Source: Rhodospirillales bacterium (lineage in GTDB: Bacteria; Pseudomonadota; Alphaproteobacteria; SMXQ01). Taken from it: 64,000 nt of DNA. This document shows, one piece after another, positions 9,502-18,712 of this stretch. The stretch is from assembly GCA_018666775.1 (NCBI GenBank), contig JABIXC010000010.1:193079-257078 (forward strand), in the 5' to 3' direction. The notes beneath the pieces were generated by a model. The model was not told the origin of the DNA, did no database searches, and saw only the letters and a list, made by a program, of their open reading frames with translations. The number at the start of each line of letters is the position of its first letter. The stretch's first letter is position 1. The position numbers and the translations under genes are program-made.

Positions 9502-9954
9502 ATGGGCAAGGCAAAGGCGTTGGGCATTAATCACGTGGTTTTGGAAGTGGAAGACCTGGATGCGGCGCTGGAATTTTATGGCCGCATTTTTGATATTACC
9601 GCCCGGGATCGGGGCGACCACAATGTGTTCATGGATATGGGGGACCAGTTTATCCAGCTAACATTGAACAAACGCGACGGGGCGATCGATACCAAACGTC
9701 ATTTCGGGTTTGTGGTGGATAACCGGGACGGCATTCGCGAAACGCTGGGTGAAATGGGGGTGGAAATCATTGGTGATCGCCTTAATTTCCGGGACCCATG
9801 GGGCAACCGGATCGAAGTTGTGGCCTATGACAATGTTCAGTTCACCAAGGTGGAACATGTGGCAAAAGCCATGGGCGTTGACGGGGTGCAAAAGAGCGAA
9901 GAAGTGCTGGGGGAACTGGCCCAAAAGAATATGGCACCAGACCAGCAGGCCTGA
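9502..9954 (+). CDS. VOC/glyoxalase family protein
   Basis: GINHVVLEVEDLDAALEFYGRIF, HFGFVV, FRDPWGNRIEVV; real start is the ATG at 9502 after a purine-rich RBS (the ORF-track start overlaps the tRNA). Confidence 0.88.
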   Translation: MGKAKALGINHVVLEVEDLDAALEFYGRIFDITARDRGDHNVFMDMGDQFIQLTLNKRDGAIDTKRHFGFVVDNRDGIRETLGEMGVEIIGDRLNFRDPWGNRIEVVAYDNVQFTKVEHVAKAMGVDGVQKSEEVLGELAQKNMAPDQQA

Positions 9955-10018
9955 TACATTCCGGCCTTCACAAGGACCAATGACGTCTCATTTACGCTAA
10001 ATTCAGAAGGATTTTCAC

Positions 10019-11146
10019 ATGGCCAATGCGCCCCATAACCCCCCGTTTCGTGCCGAATTAATCGGCAGCTTGATCCGTCCCGATGCCATCAAGGCGGTGC
10101 GCAAGGCATTTGAAGCAGGTGAGACCGATGCTGCCAATATGCGCGACGTTGAAAGTGCTGAGATCAAGAAGGTTATTGCCTTGCAGGAAGAGCTGGGCTT
10201 CAAGGTGGTTAGCGATGGGGAATTGCGGCGTTATTCCTATTACGACAGTTTCACCACCCACGGCATTACAGGCATGCGTGAAGGCCCCGATATCCGTGGT
10301 AAATTTGCCTATCATGACAAGGGCGGTGATGTCATCGGACAGCGCGTTCCCCAGATTTATGACAAGGTAAGCTGGGCCGGACCGACCAATGTTTCCGATT
10401 ATGAGTTTGCCGCATCCTGCACCAAATCGGCGATTGTTAAAATGACCGTTCCGGGGCCGGCGTATATCCATTTTCGTGCGGGCCGGGCCAATATTTCCGA
10501 AGACATCTATCCCAATCTGGATGATTACTGGTCAGATCTGGTCGGGGCCTATCATGGGGAAATCAAGTCTTTGTATGACGGGGGGTGCCGGTATTTCCAA
10601 ATCGATGAAACCTCCATTGCCAAACTGGGTGACCCTGAAATTCGCGCTGGCTTGGCCGAACGCGGCGATGATTGGGAACAACTTCTGGATACCTATATTG
10701 AGGCCTGTAATGCAGTGGCCGATGGTGCCCCCGATGATATGGCCGTTGGCATCCATCTTTGCCGGGGCAATAAAGCAGGCCATTGGCAGGCAGCGGGTGG
10801 CTATGATGATGTTGCTGAAAAACTGTTCCGCAATCTTCGGATCAATACTTATTTTCTGGAATATGATTCCGAACGTGCCGGGTCATTTGCACCGTTGGCG
10901 GCGCTGCCCGATGACAAGACCGTGGTGATTGGCGCCATGACAACCAAATCAGCAGAGCTTGAAACCGCCGATGCCCTGAAAGCACGGATCAAGGAAGCGG
11001 CTGAATTTGTTGATCTTGATCGGCTCTGCATTTCACCCCAGTGCGGGTTCTCAAGCTCGGTCGAAGGGGTTATGAACGTCGAACAGCAGCGTGCCAAATT
11101 GACCCGCCTGATTGAAGTGGCCCGTGAACTTTGGTCCGATGCCTAA
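10019..11146 (+). CDS. Cobalamin-independent methionine synthase II family protein (MetE catalytic domain only)
   Basis: PPFRAELIGSLIRP, SDGELRR, YFQIDET, Zn ligands in HLCRGN, FLEYD and SPQCGF; 375 aa, no N-terminal folate-binding barrel. Confidence 0.88.
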   Translation: MANAPHNPPFRAELIGSLIRPDAIKAVRKAFEAGETDAANMRDVESAEIKKVIALQEELGFKVVSDGELRRYSYYDSFTTHGITGMREGPDIRGKFAYHDKGGDVIGQRVPQIYDKVSWAGPTNVSDYEFAASCTKSAIVKMTVPGPAYIHFRAGRANISEDIYPNLDDYWSDLVGAYHGEIKSLYDGGCRYFQIDETSIAKLGDPEIRAGLAERGDDWEQLLDTYIEACNAVADGAPDDMAVGIHLCRGNKAGHWQAAGGYDDVAEKLFRNLRINTYFLEYDSERAGSFAPLAALPDDKTVVIGAMTTKSAELETADALKARIKEAAEFVDLDRLCISPQCGFSSSVEGVMNVEQQRAKLTRLIEVARELWSDA

Positions 11147-11164
11147 ACCCGCATTCGGGATCGC

Positions 11165-11887
11165 CTAGAGCAAATACCGTACCCCGATGGGATAGCCCTT
11201 TTTTAGCGGGTCGCGGTAGTAGCTTGCGTGCAGGATGGTTCGGTTATCAAACACGCAAATTTCACCGCACCCTTCAGGGGCGCGCCATTTTTCTTCGACC
11301 ATGATGTCACCAATTAAGGGTTCCACCGCTTCATTGGCAAACAGGTCGTAATGGGCCTTGGTCGGGCTATGGGCGCGCGTGCCTTCTCTGAGCGACTGGG
11401 CATAACAGACCGCATTGGCACACAACAGAGTGGTTGATGTCCTGGGTGCCTTATGGATGGGATCAAAGGGGTCGCGGCAAAAAAAGGAATAAACATTGTC
11501 ACTGTCAGGGGGGCGGTCGTAATGAAATGCCAGAGACGGAAAAATATTTTTCTGTCCCTGGGCCCGTTCTTCGGATGAAAGATGGGTGTGTTTGAATAAA
11601 ACCACGCCAAAGCGCGCGATCATATCCTTGATAGTGTCATGGAGAACCCAGTCAGCGTTATAGGCTGCGAGTTCCACTTCGTGATCGAATGAAACCAAAA
11701 GCCCAAAATGTTCAAACGGGCAAGTGATTCCGGCCCCCATTGCCGATGCGCCATAATGGGCTTCGATATTTTCTCGATAATTGGGAATCAGGATGCGCAT
11801 GGTGACGGTAGCGCCATCGACAGACATGGTCTGCGGCATTAAGGGGGCTGTTTCAAGGATCGTCGGAGCGGGCGGTGTTAAAATCAC
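11165..11887 (-). CDS. Hypothetical protein, TauD/TfdA-like Fe(II)/2-oxoglutarate oxygenase candidate
   Basis: FGVVLFK, HxD motif (FHYDRP), distal ICVFDNRTILHAS motif; GTG start 9 nt after the upstream gene's stop. Confidence 0.6.
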   Translation of the reverse strand: MILTPPAPTILETAPLMPQTMSVDGATVTMRILIPNYRENIEAHYGASAMGAGITCPFEHFGLLVSFDHEVELAAYNADWVLHDTIKDMIARFGVVLFKHTHLSSEERAQGQKNIFPSLAFHYDRPPDSDNVYSFFCRDPFDPIHKAPRTSTTLLCANAVCYAQSLREGTRAHSPTKAHYDLFANEAVEPLIGDIMVEEKWRAPEGCGEICVFDNRTILHASYYRDPLKKGYPIGVRYLL

Positions 11888-11896
11888 AATTAAGGG

Positions 11897-12478
11897 CTAT
11901 AGCGCGCCTTTCAAGCGGGAGGTTCGAGCCTTCATGAGCGGGGTTAGACGCTCAGCAATGGTGGCGACATCTTGCTGAAGTATCTCAAGAGGCTGGGGGT
12001 TGTCGTCGGTGATGGGCTCAACACAAAAGGTGGTGTCAGCATTGTCGTCATCGCTGAAGGTCAGGACGACCCGCCAGCGAGCGTTGATGATATCCCTGTG
12101 GAAAAGGTCTTCCAGGCATTCCCCTAAAATTCGGATGTGGATCAACGAATCGGTATAGAACCAAACCCTGGGCAATTTCCACAACTGGCCATTGGTGTGG
12201 GCGTGTCCTTCGCAGGACCAGCAGGGATCAAACACGGAATAGCTTTTTAATTCAAAGACCAGCGGTGCGATTTTTGGCTCAATGGGATAATTCTCAGGGT
12301 CGCTCGACAGCATCTCGCCAACATCAGGGCAGTATCTTGAACATGTATTCGGGTTGGCCTTGGGGCAATTCGCGGCACAGGGGATCGTCTGCTGCCCGCA
12401 GCCTTCGGCCAGGGCATCCAGTTCAGCACGAAAACTTGCAATCCGATCAGGGCTGCAATCGCGTTTCTCGATCTTCAT
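11897..12478 (-). CDS. Hypothetical Cys-rich protein with a WSCEGH motif
   Basis: 193 aa ORF with RBS (AAGGCGGG); CxxxC-x7-CxxxC cluster, then IEPKIAPLV...PCWSCEGH; no recognised function. Confidence 0.75.
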   Translation of the reverse strand: MKIEKRDCSPDRIASFRAELDALAEGCGQQTIPCAANCPKANPNTCSRYCPDVGEMLSSDPENYPIEPKIAPLVFELKSYSVFDPCWSCEGHAHTNGQLWKLPRVWFYTDSLIHIRILGECLEDLFHRDIINARWRVVLTFSDDDNADTTFCVEPITDDNPQPLEILQQDVATIAERLTPLMKARTSRLKGAL

Positions 12479-12653
12479 AACCCGCCTTAATGGTCCAACA
12501 AAGACACGTCAAATTAAGCTGCCATGTTTAGCAGCAGGCGAAACAAGGGTTGCATTGAAATTCTTAAATTTAGATAAATTGGTGTTTGCTAACCAGGTTT
12601 AGCCCGCCAAGTGGGGCCAGAAGGCAGGGGGGCTTTGCCATTCGAAGGTGTGA

Positions 12654-13316
12654 TTATCCGGCTTTGGCCTGTTCGAACTTGTGTGCAAGAAGGGCGGCCT
12701 CGGTACGGTTGTTAACCTTGAGCAGCTTTAAAATGGTGGAAACATGGATTTGTACGGTGCGCGGCGATATCTCCAGGGCCTTGGCGATGTCGGCATTGCG
12801 TTTCCCTGTGGCGACCAATTCCAGAACCTGGCGCTGGCGGGATGTCAAAACCCCCAGGGGGCTACTGTCGTCTTCATAGATGTAGCTGGTTTGGGTTTCC
12901 TGCAATATTCCAGGTTCTGGTGTATCTGCCAGTCCTGCGGGTAGCCAAATTTCACCAGACAGGACGCGTTCAATGGCAATGTCCAGGGCCGCCCGTGGGG
13001 ATGATTTGAGAAATAGCCCCGCCGCCCCTGATTCAATGGCGCGCAATGCCCAACGCCGGGAATCTGTGGCCGTCATGACAATAATGGGGACCGTGGGAGC
13101 GGTCTGGCGCAGGCGTTTCAATTCACCCAAAGGTTCAATTTCAGGGATGGAGAAATCAAACAGGCAAAGATCAAAGGATGTTTTGGAGGCAAGGGCCTGT
13201 AGGGCCATGTCCAGATTTTCAATTTCTGTGATTTTAGAGCGAGGATTTATATCTAGAAGGTGGCTGGCAAGCCCGGCTCGCGTTGCCCAATGGGCATCGA
13301 CAATCAAGATATTCAT
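12654..13316 (-). CDS. NarL/FixJ (LuxR) family response regulator
   Basis: REC domain (ILIVDAH, LFDFSIP, VMTA, FLK) plus LuxR HTH LTSRQRQVLELVATGKRNADIAKALEISPRTVQIHVSTILKLLKVNNRTEA; start at MNILIVD. Confidence 0.9.
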   Translation of the reverse strand: MNILIVDAHWATRAGLASHLLDINPRSKITEIENLDMALQALASKTSFDLCLFDFSIPEIEPLGELKRLRQTAPTVPIIVMTATDSRRWALRAIESGAAGLFLKSSPRAALDIAIERVLSGEIWLPAGLADTPEPGILQETQTSYIYEDDSSPLGVLTSRQRQVLELVATGKRNADIAKALEISPRTVQIHVSTILKLLKVNNRTEAALLAHKFEQAKAG

Positions 13317-13753
13317 GAGCCCGCATTTCCTCTGGCTGGCAGATGCGGCCCTATAGTGTTTGCCGACATATCCCAATTCTTACTGTTTAATTTACCATAA
13401 ATACAGAGCCACTCTTAGGGGAGTTCGGCATAAAAGTCTAGTAGGTTTGGCCCAGAACATAACCTTGAAGGCCTGAATAACAGCCAGAATATTTCTCCGG
13501 TGTTGCGAATAATTATGAGTCATTTCGAAATTAAACCTTTTGTTTACCGGTTTACCTTAAAAACAAGATTGGATTTTAGACAAAGTAGATACGAAATTTG
13601 CGTAACACTAGCCTGCCAGCGAAATGCCACTCATTCGCATAACGCTATTAAATGAATGCAAAGGTCAAAAAATGCAGAGGCTGGGGGACAGCCTTGATTT
13701 TACCTTTGGAGACCCATAGGGCCCCTAAAAGGCCCACTAGGAAGGAAAAAATA

Positions 13754-15709
13754 ATGTTTTCGGCACTTAAAAAGAAAGTTGGCCCCTCTGAGGTCAGCAC
13801 TTCAGGAGAATTGGAGACCGCGGCATTCCGCCAGATGGTCGATCAAATGCCCATCAATGTGATGACGTGTGATCTCGTGGAATTCAAGATCAACTATGTG
13901 AACCAATCAACCTTGGACACAGCGAAAACACTGGAAGCCGTTCTTCCCGTCAAGGCTGATCAACTGGTTGGAACCTGTGTTGATATTTTCCACAAAAACC
14001 CGGCCCATCAGCGCAAGCTGCTGTCTGATCCCGCCAATCTGCCCCATAAAGCGCAGATCACTGTGGCAGATGAAATTCTGGATCTTTTGGTCACAGCTAT
14101 TTATGACGCTTCGGGCAAATATATTGGCCCCATGCTCACCTGGTCCATTGTTACCGAACAGGTGAAGGCCGATTTTGAAACGTCTCGTCTTTTGAACATG
14201 ATTGAGCAGATGCCCATGAATGTCATGACGGCTGATCTTGAAACCTTCAAGATAGATTATGCCAACCAGGCGACACTGGATACGATCAAGACCCTGGAAC
14301 ATGTCATGCCGGTCAAGACCGATGAATTGGTTGGCACCTGTATTGATATCTTCCACAAGGACCCGGCCCATCAGCGTCGTCTGTTGGCCGATCCTGCTAA
14401 TTTGCCCCATCAGACGATTATCGAATTTGCCGGAGAATATTTGGACCTGACGGTCACGGCGATCACCGATAAGTCAGGCAAATACCTTGGGCCGATGCTC
14501 AGCTGGGATATTGTCACAGCCAAGATCAAGTCCGAAGCTGATACCAAGCGCCTGTTGAGCATGGTTGATCAGATGCCGATCAATGTGATGACCCTGGATC
14601 CAGAAGACTTCACCATTAACTACCTGAACCAGACTTCTAAAAATACGCTCAAGCAGGTTGAAAGCCTGTTGCCGTGTAGTGCGGAAGAAGTTGCAGGCAA
14701 ATGTGTGGATATCTTCCATAAAAATCCTGCCCATCAGCGTCAGCTGCTTGGCAACCCTGATAACCTGCCCCATGAAGCCAATATCAAACTCGGCGATGAA
14801 ACTCTGAAATTGGAAGTTTCAGCAGTCCGTGATGAAAGTGGCAAGTATCTTGGGCCGATGGTTTGTTGGGATGTGATCAGTGAACAGATCGGCATGGGCA
14901 TTCGCGTTCGTGAAGTGACTGATGCAGTTGCTGCATCAGCGACCGAACTGAAATCCACTGCTGAATCCATGTCGGCAACGGCAGAAGAAACCAACCAGCA
15001 GGCTGGTGCTGTGGCGGCTGCCTCTGAACAGGCAACAACCAATGTCCAGACTGTGGCATCTTCTGCGGAAGAACTGTCCGCTTCGATCAACGAGATCGGG
15101 GAACAGGTCTCCCAGTCTGCCAACATTGCCCGCCAGGCAGTTGAAGAAACCCAAAAGACCAACGAAACGGTCCAGGGTCTCGCCGAAGCGGCACAAAAGA
15201 TCGGTGAAGTTGTGAACCTCATCAACGATATTGCGGCTCAGACCAACTTGTTGGCCCTGAACGCAACCATCGAAGCGGCCCGTGCCGGTGATGCAGGTAA
15301 AGGCTTTGCGGTTGTGGCTTCTGAAGTCAAGAGCCTGGCCACCCAGACGGCCCAGGCGACTGAAGAAATCGCTGCTCAGATCAATTCAATGCAGACGGTA
15401 ACCCAGGAAGCGGTCTCCGCCATTGGGGGCATTACCTCTACCATTGAACAGATCAATGAAATCGCTGGTGCCATTGCGGCGGCGGTTGAAGAGCAGGGTG
15501 CTGCAACGCAGGAAATTGCCCGCAACACCCAGGAAGCTTCGAAAGGCACCCAGGAGGTCTCCTCCAATATTGCTGGTGTTACCGAAGCCGCCCAGGAGAC
15601 CGGAAAGGCATCAGAAGATCTTCTGAATGCTTCTTCGGAACTCGCCAAACAGGGCAACCAGCTTTCATCTGAAATTGATCAGTTCATGAGCAAAATTGGC
15701 GCTGCATAA
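13754..15709 (+). CDS. Soluble methyl-accepting chemotaxis protein with three tandem Aer2-type PAS domains
   Basis: Three ~120-aa repeats each with DIFHK(N/D)PAHQR and GPMxxW; hairpin tip [37 protein letters not shown]; no TM segments; RBS AGGA before ATG 13754. Confidence 0.93.
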   Translation: MFSALKKKVGPSEVSTSGELETAAFRQMVDQMPINVMTCDLVEFKINYVNQSTLDTAKTLEAVLPVKADQLVGTCVDIFHKNPAHQRKLLSDPANLPHKAQITVADEILDLLVTAIYDASGKYIGPMLTWSIVTEQVKADFETSRLLNMIEQMPMNVMTADLETFKIDYANQATLDTIKTLEHVMPVKTDELVGTCIDIFHKDPAHQRRLLADPANLPHQTIIEFAGEYLDLTVTAITDKSGKYLGPMLSWDIVTAKIKSEADTKRLLSMVDQMPINVMTLDPEDFTINYLNQTSKNTLKQVESLLPCSAEEVAGKCVDIFHKNPAHQRQLLGNPDNLPHEANIKLGDETLKLEVSAVRDESGKYLGPMVCWDVISEQIGMGIRVREVTDAVAASATELKSTAESMSATAEETNQQAGAVAAASEQATTNVQTVASSAEELSASINEIGEQVSQSANIARQAVEETQKTNETVQGLAEAAQKIGEVVNLINDIAAQTNLLALNATIEAARAGDAGKGFAVVASEVKSLATQTAQATEEIAAQINSMQTVTQEAVSAIGGITSTIEQINEIAGAIAAAVEEQGAATQEIARNTQEASKGTQEVSSNIAGVTEAAQETGKASEDLLNASSELAKQGNQLSSEIDQFMSKIGAA

Positions 15710-15720
15710 GGCCGGTTTTA

Positions 15721-15836
15721 CCCGCCCGAAGGTCAAACTTCGGGCGGGCAATTTCTCTACTGAATATCTGGTACATTCTGAATTATTATTTTTTTCCTTC
15801 TAAACCGGTCCGCAAATTTTGCGGGCCGGTTTCCTT
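15721..15836. terminator. Two hairpins between the convergent MCP and TAXI-like genes
   Basis: CCCGCCCGAAG-gtcaaa-CTTCGGGCGGG at 15721-15748 and AAACCGGTCCGCAA-at-TTTGCGGGCCGGTTT at ~15802-15832. Confidence 0.7.
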
Positions 15837-15843
15837 TTGTGCC

Positions 15844-16821
15844 CTAGTCCAGATAACCGCATTCACGCCAATAGGCTTCAGCCGCATCATGCAGCGGCAC
15901 ATCCAGCGGCGTATCTGGGGCATCCCTGCACATGCGTGCTACCGGCAGCGCACCTTCGCCTTGCCAGGGGATAAGGTCCCGTCGGGCATCCAGGGCTTTG
16001 CAAATGGTGTGTACCAGATCATCGGGGGTTTTTTCCAAGACATAGATCGGCCAACCACTGAAATCAATGGTGAGAATATCGTGAGGTAATTTGGGATATA
16101 GGCTTTTGCTGATAATCCCACGGCGGTACCCAATGGCTTCTAGCTTCACAACGGTTTCTTCCCGAAGCGACAGGATGTTCATGCCTGCATCAATGGCATC
16201 TTCAACCCATTCCTGCACTGCCTCATCAAAGATGGCATCGGCCGTGCCGGCTTCAATGGCACCAAACCGGGGTTTTCCGGGGCGCACAGCATAATCGACA
16301 TTGCCACCCCATGATTTGATGTCATCAATTGAAAAGCCGGCGGCGGCCAGAATGTGCTCGACCATTATGTGAATGCAATGGTTGGGTGGATCGCGCAGCA
16401 ACATGCGCAGGGGATATTTTTTGGCACCAATATCTTCCAGATTAGTGATCCCTGAATCTGAATTAACGGCGAATACCAGTTGATCAAAAGACGGGATGAC
16501 ACCGATCATGCGAACGGGTTGGGGGGCCGTAAAAATGCCAGTCCCCCGATGGGCCATGGTTAAGATGGCGGCCGGATTAATCATGGAAAGGGTTGCCGTG
16601 CCATCAATGACCGCATTCAGGCCTTCCATTGTGCTGTTGCCAAACAGCGAAACGGGCCAGGTATTTGCATCTTTTTCACGTATCTGGATATTGACTTGGC
16701 GCATGGGCTGATCTTCGATCGCCACCATGCCAGCGGCCATTTCCAGAACCAGTTGGGCACGGATGGTTGATGCGCTGACCCAGTTTTCGCTCGCCTCTTT
16801 TGGTGATTTTTGTTCGCTCAT
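15844..16821 (-). CDS. TAXI-family (PBP2 fold) solute-binding-like protein without an evident signal peptide
   Basis: AHRGTGIF, DSGITNLEDI, PDDLVHTICKAL and C-terminal PLDVPLHDAAEAYWRECGYL match TAXI receptors; start MSEQKS after GGGG RBS. Confidence 0.7.
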   Translation of the reverse strand: MSEQKSPKEASENWVSASTIRAQLVLEMAAGMVAIEDQPMRQVNIQIREKDANTWPVSLFGNSTMEGLNAVIDGTATLSMINPAAILTMAHRGTGIFTAPQPVRMIGVIPSFDQLVFAVNSDSGITNLEDIGAKKYPLRMLLRDPPNHCIHIMVEHILAAAGFSIDDIKSWGGNVDYAVRPGKPRFGAIEAGTADAIFDEAVQEWVEDAIDAGMNILSLREETVVKLEAIGYRRGIISKSLYPKLPHDILTIDFSGWPIYVLEKTPDDLVHTICKALDARRDLIPWQGEGALPVARMCRDAPDTPLDVPLHDAAEAYWRECGYLD

Positions 16822-17004
16822 GTTTCCCCCTGTATCCACCTGTAGCGGTGTTTCTATTTTTATAGGACCAGTTAACCATCCAGAGTAGCAAAGCACAGCT
16901 AATCTTTCTAAGGGGCGTTCTAGAAACACACTGAATTTTTGGTGGCAATATGCTATTTGGTGGCGACACCCTGTGACCCTCTAAATTAACGGTGCTAAAT
17001 CAGT

Positions 17005-18690
17005 ATGTTAGAAAATATAAAATACATCTACACCATGCAGAACATGACCAAGGCCTATCCAGGCCAGCGGGAAACTGTGAAGGATGTGACCCTGGCCTTT
17101 TTGCCGGGAGCAAAAATCGGGGTGCTTGGTACCAATGGTACTGGCAAGTCCACAGTTTTGCGGATCATGGCGGGGCTGGACACCGAATTTTCAGGTGAAG
17201 CCCGTGCAGCGGACGGTGCCAAGATCGGCTACCTGCCCCAAGAACCGGAACTGGACCCAGCCAAGGATGTGATCGGCAATGTCCTGGAGGGGCTTGGTGA
17301 AATCAAGGAAATCATGGATCGGTTTGAAGCCGTCAGTGCGCGCTTTGCCGAGGAAATGACCGATGATGAAATGACGGCCCTTTTGGCCGAACAGGGTGAA
17401 TTGCAGGAAAAAATTGATGCCGCAGACGGCTGGGAACTGGAACGTCAGGTGGAAATCGCCATGGATGCGCTGCGCTGTCCGCCGTCTGATGGGGATGTGA
17501 CAACCTTGTCCGGGGGGGAAAAGCGCAGGGTGGCACTTTGCCGGTTATTGCTAAGTCGCCCTGATCTTCTTCTTCTTGATGAACCGACCAACCATCTGGA
17601 TGCAGAATCCGTTGCCTGGCTGGAACACTTCCTTGCTGATTATGAAGGCACGGTGGTTGCCGTGACCCATGACCGGTATTTTCTGGATAACGTGGCGGGG
17701 TGGATTTTGGAATTGGACCGGGGCCGTGCGATCCCGTTTGAAGGCAATTATTCTGCATGGTTGATAGCCAAGGAAAAGCGGCTTTCCCAAGAAGCCCGCG
17801 AAGATGCCGCTCAGGCCAAGGTCGTTGCCCGTGAACTGGAATGGATTCAGGCAAGTCCAGAGGCCCGTCGGACAAAGTCAAAGGCCCGGCTTGCTTCTTA
17901 TGACCGCCTGGTAGCAGATGCAGAAACCCGGACCGTTGGGAATGCCCAGATTTTAATCCCGCCTGGCCCGCGTCTTGGGACTGTGGTGGTCGAAGCCAAA
18001 GGCTTGACCAAAGCCCATGGTGCAAAACTTTTAATTGATGGACTTGATTTTCAATTGCCCCCAGGGGGCATTGTTGGCGTTATCGGTCCCAATGGGGCTG
18101 GCAAAAGTACCTTGATGCAAATGATTACCGGTGCCCAAGAGCCCGATCAGGGCAGCTTGCGCCTTGGTGAAACAGTGAAGCTTGGCTTTGTGGATCAGTC
18201 TCGTGATTCGCTGGAGGATGGCAAAACCGTTTGGGAAGAAATTTCGGATGGCGAAGATGAAGTCATTCTTGGCAAACATCACATGCCGTCGCGTGCGTAT
18301 GTTGGGGCATTTAATTTCAGGGGCCCCAACCAGCAGAAAAAAGTTGGCCAGTTATCGGGGGGTGAACGCAACAGGGTGCATTTGGCAAAGATGCTGAAAT
18401 CTGGGGCCAATTTTATACTTCTTGATGAACCCACCAATGACCTGGACGTGGATACATTGCGGGCATTAGAAGAAGCCTTGCTGGATTTTCCCGGAAGCGC
18501 TGTTGTTGTCAGCCATGACCGGTGGTTTCTGGACCGGATTGCCACGCATATCTTGGCCTTTGAAGGCGACAGTCATGTGGAATGGTTTCAGGGCAATTAC
18601 GCTGATTATGAAGCAGACCGTCATCGGCGCCTTGGCGCTGCCGCTGATCACCCCCATCGCATCAAATACAAGCCCCTCGCCCGGAATTGA
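17005..18690 (+). CDS. ettA: Energy-dependent translational throttle ABC-F ATPase
   Basis: Two ABC domains (GTNGTGKS, LSGGEKRRVAL, GPNGAGKS, LSGGERNR), ELEWI linker, C-terminal PHRIKYKPL. Confidence 0.95.
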   Translation: MLENIKYIYTMQNMTKAYPGQRETVKDVTLAFLPGAKIGVLGTNGTGKSTVLRIMAGLDTEFSGEARAADGAKIGYLPQEPELDPAKDVIGNVLEGLGEIKEIMDRFEAVSARFAEEMTDDEMTALLAEQGELQEKIDAADGWELERQVEIAMDALRCPPSDGDVTTLSGGEKRRVALCRLLLSRPDLLLLDEPTNHLDAESVAWLEHFLADYEGTVVAVTHDRYFLDNVAGWILELDRGRAIPFEGNYSAWLIAKEKRLSQEAREDAAQAKVVARELEWIQASPEARRTKSKARLASYDRLVADAETRTVGNAQILIPPGPRLGTVVVEAKGLTKAHGAKLLIDGLDFQLPPGGIVGVIGPNGAGKSTLMQMITGAQEPDQGSLRLGETVKLGFVDQSRDSLEDGKTVWEEISDGEDEVILGKHHMPSRAYVGAFNFRGPNQQKKVGQLSGGERNRVHLAKMLKSGANFILLDEPTNDLDVDTLRALEEALLDFPGSAVVVSHDRWFLDRIATHILAFEGDSHVEWFQGNYADYEADRHRRLGAAADHPHRIKYKPLARN

Positions 18691-18712
18691 CCAGCTCGTT
18701 TACTGGGCCCGT

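Noticed and set aside
12505..12530. Sigma54 promoter for the SCEGH/TauD-like operon (TGGCAG...TTTGA on the minus strand)
   Set aside because: Lacks the GC dinucleotide at the required -12 spacing
13525..13565. CtrA site upstream of the chemoreceptor
   Set aside because: Only TTAA/TTTAC half sites with incorrect spacing in AT-rich DNA
9400..16900. tRNA-anchored genomic island or integrative element
   Set aside because: No integrase or transposase, and I found no duplicated tRNA 3' end (att site) in the window; the region is accessory-looking but mobility is unsupported
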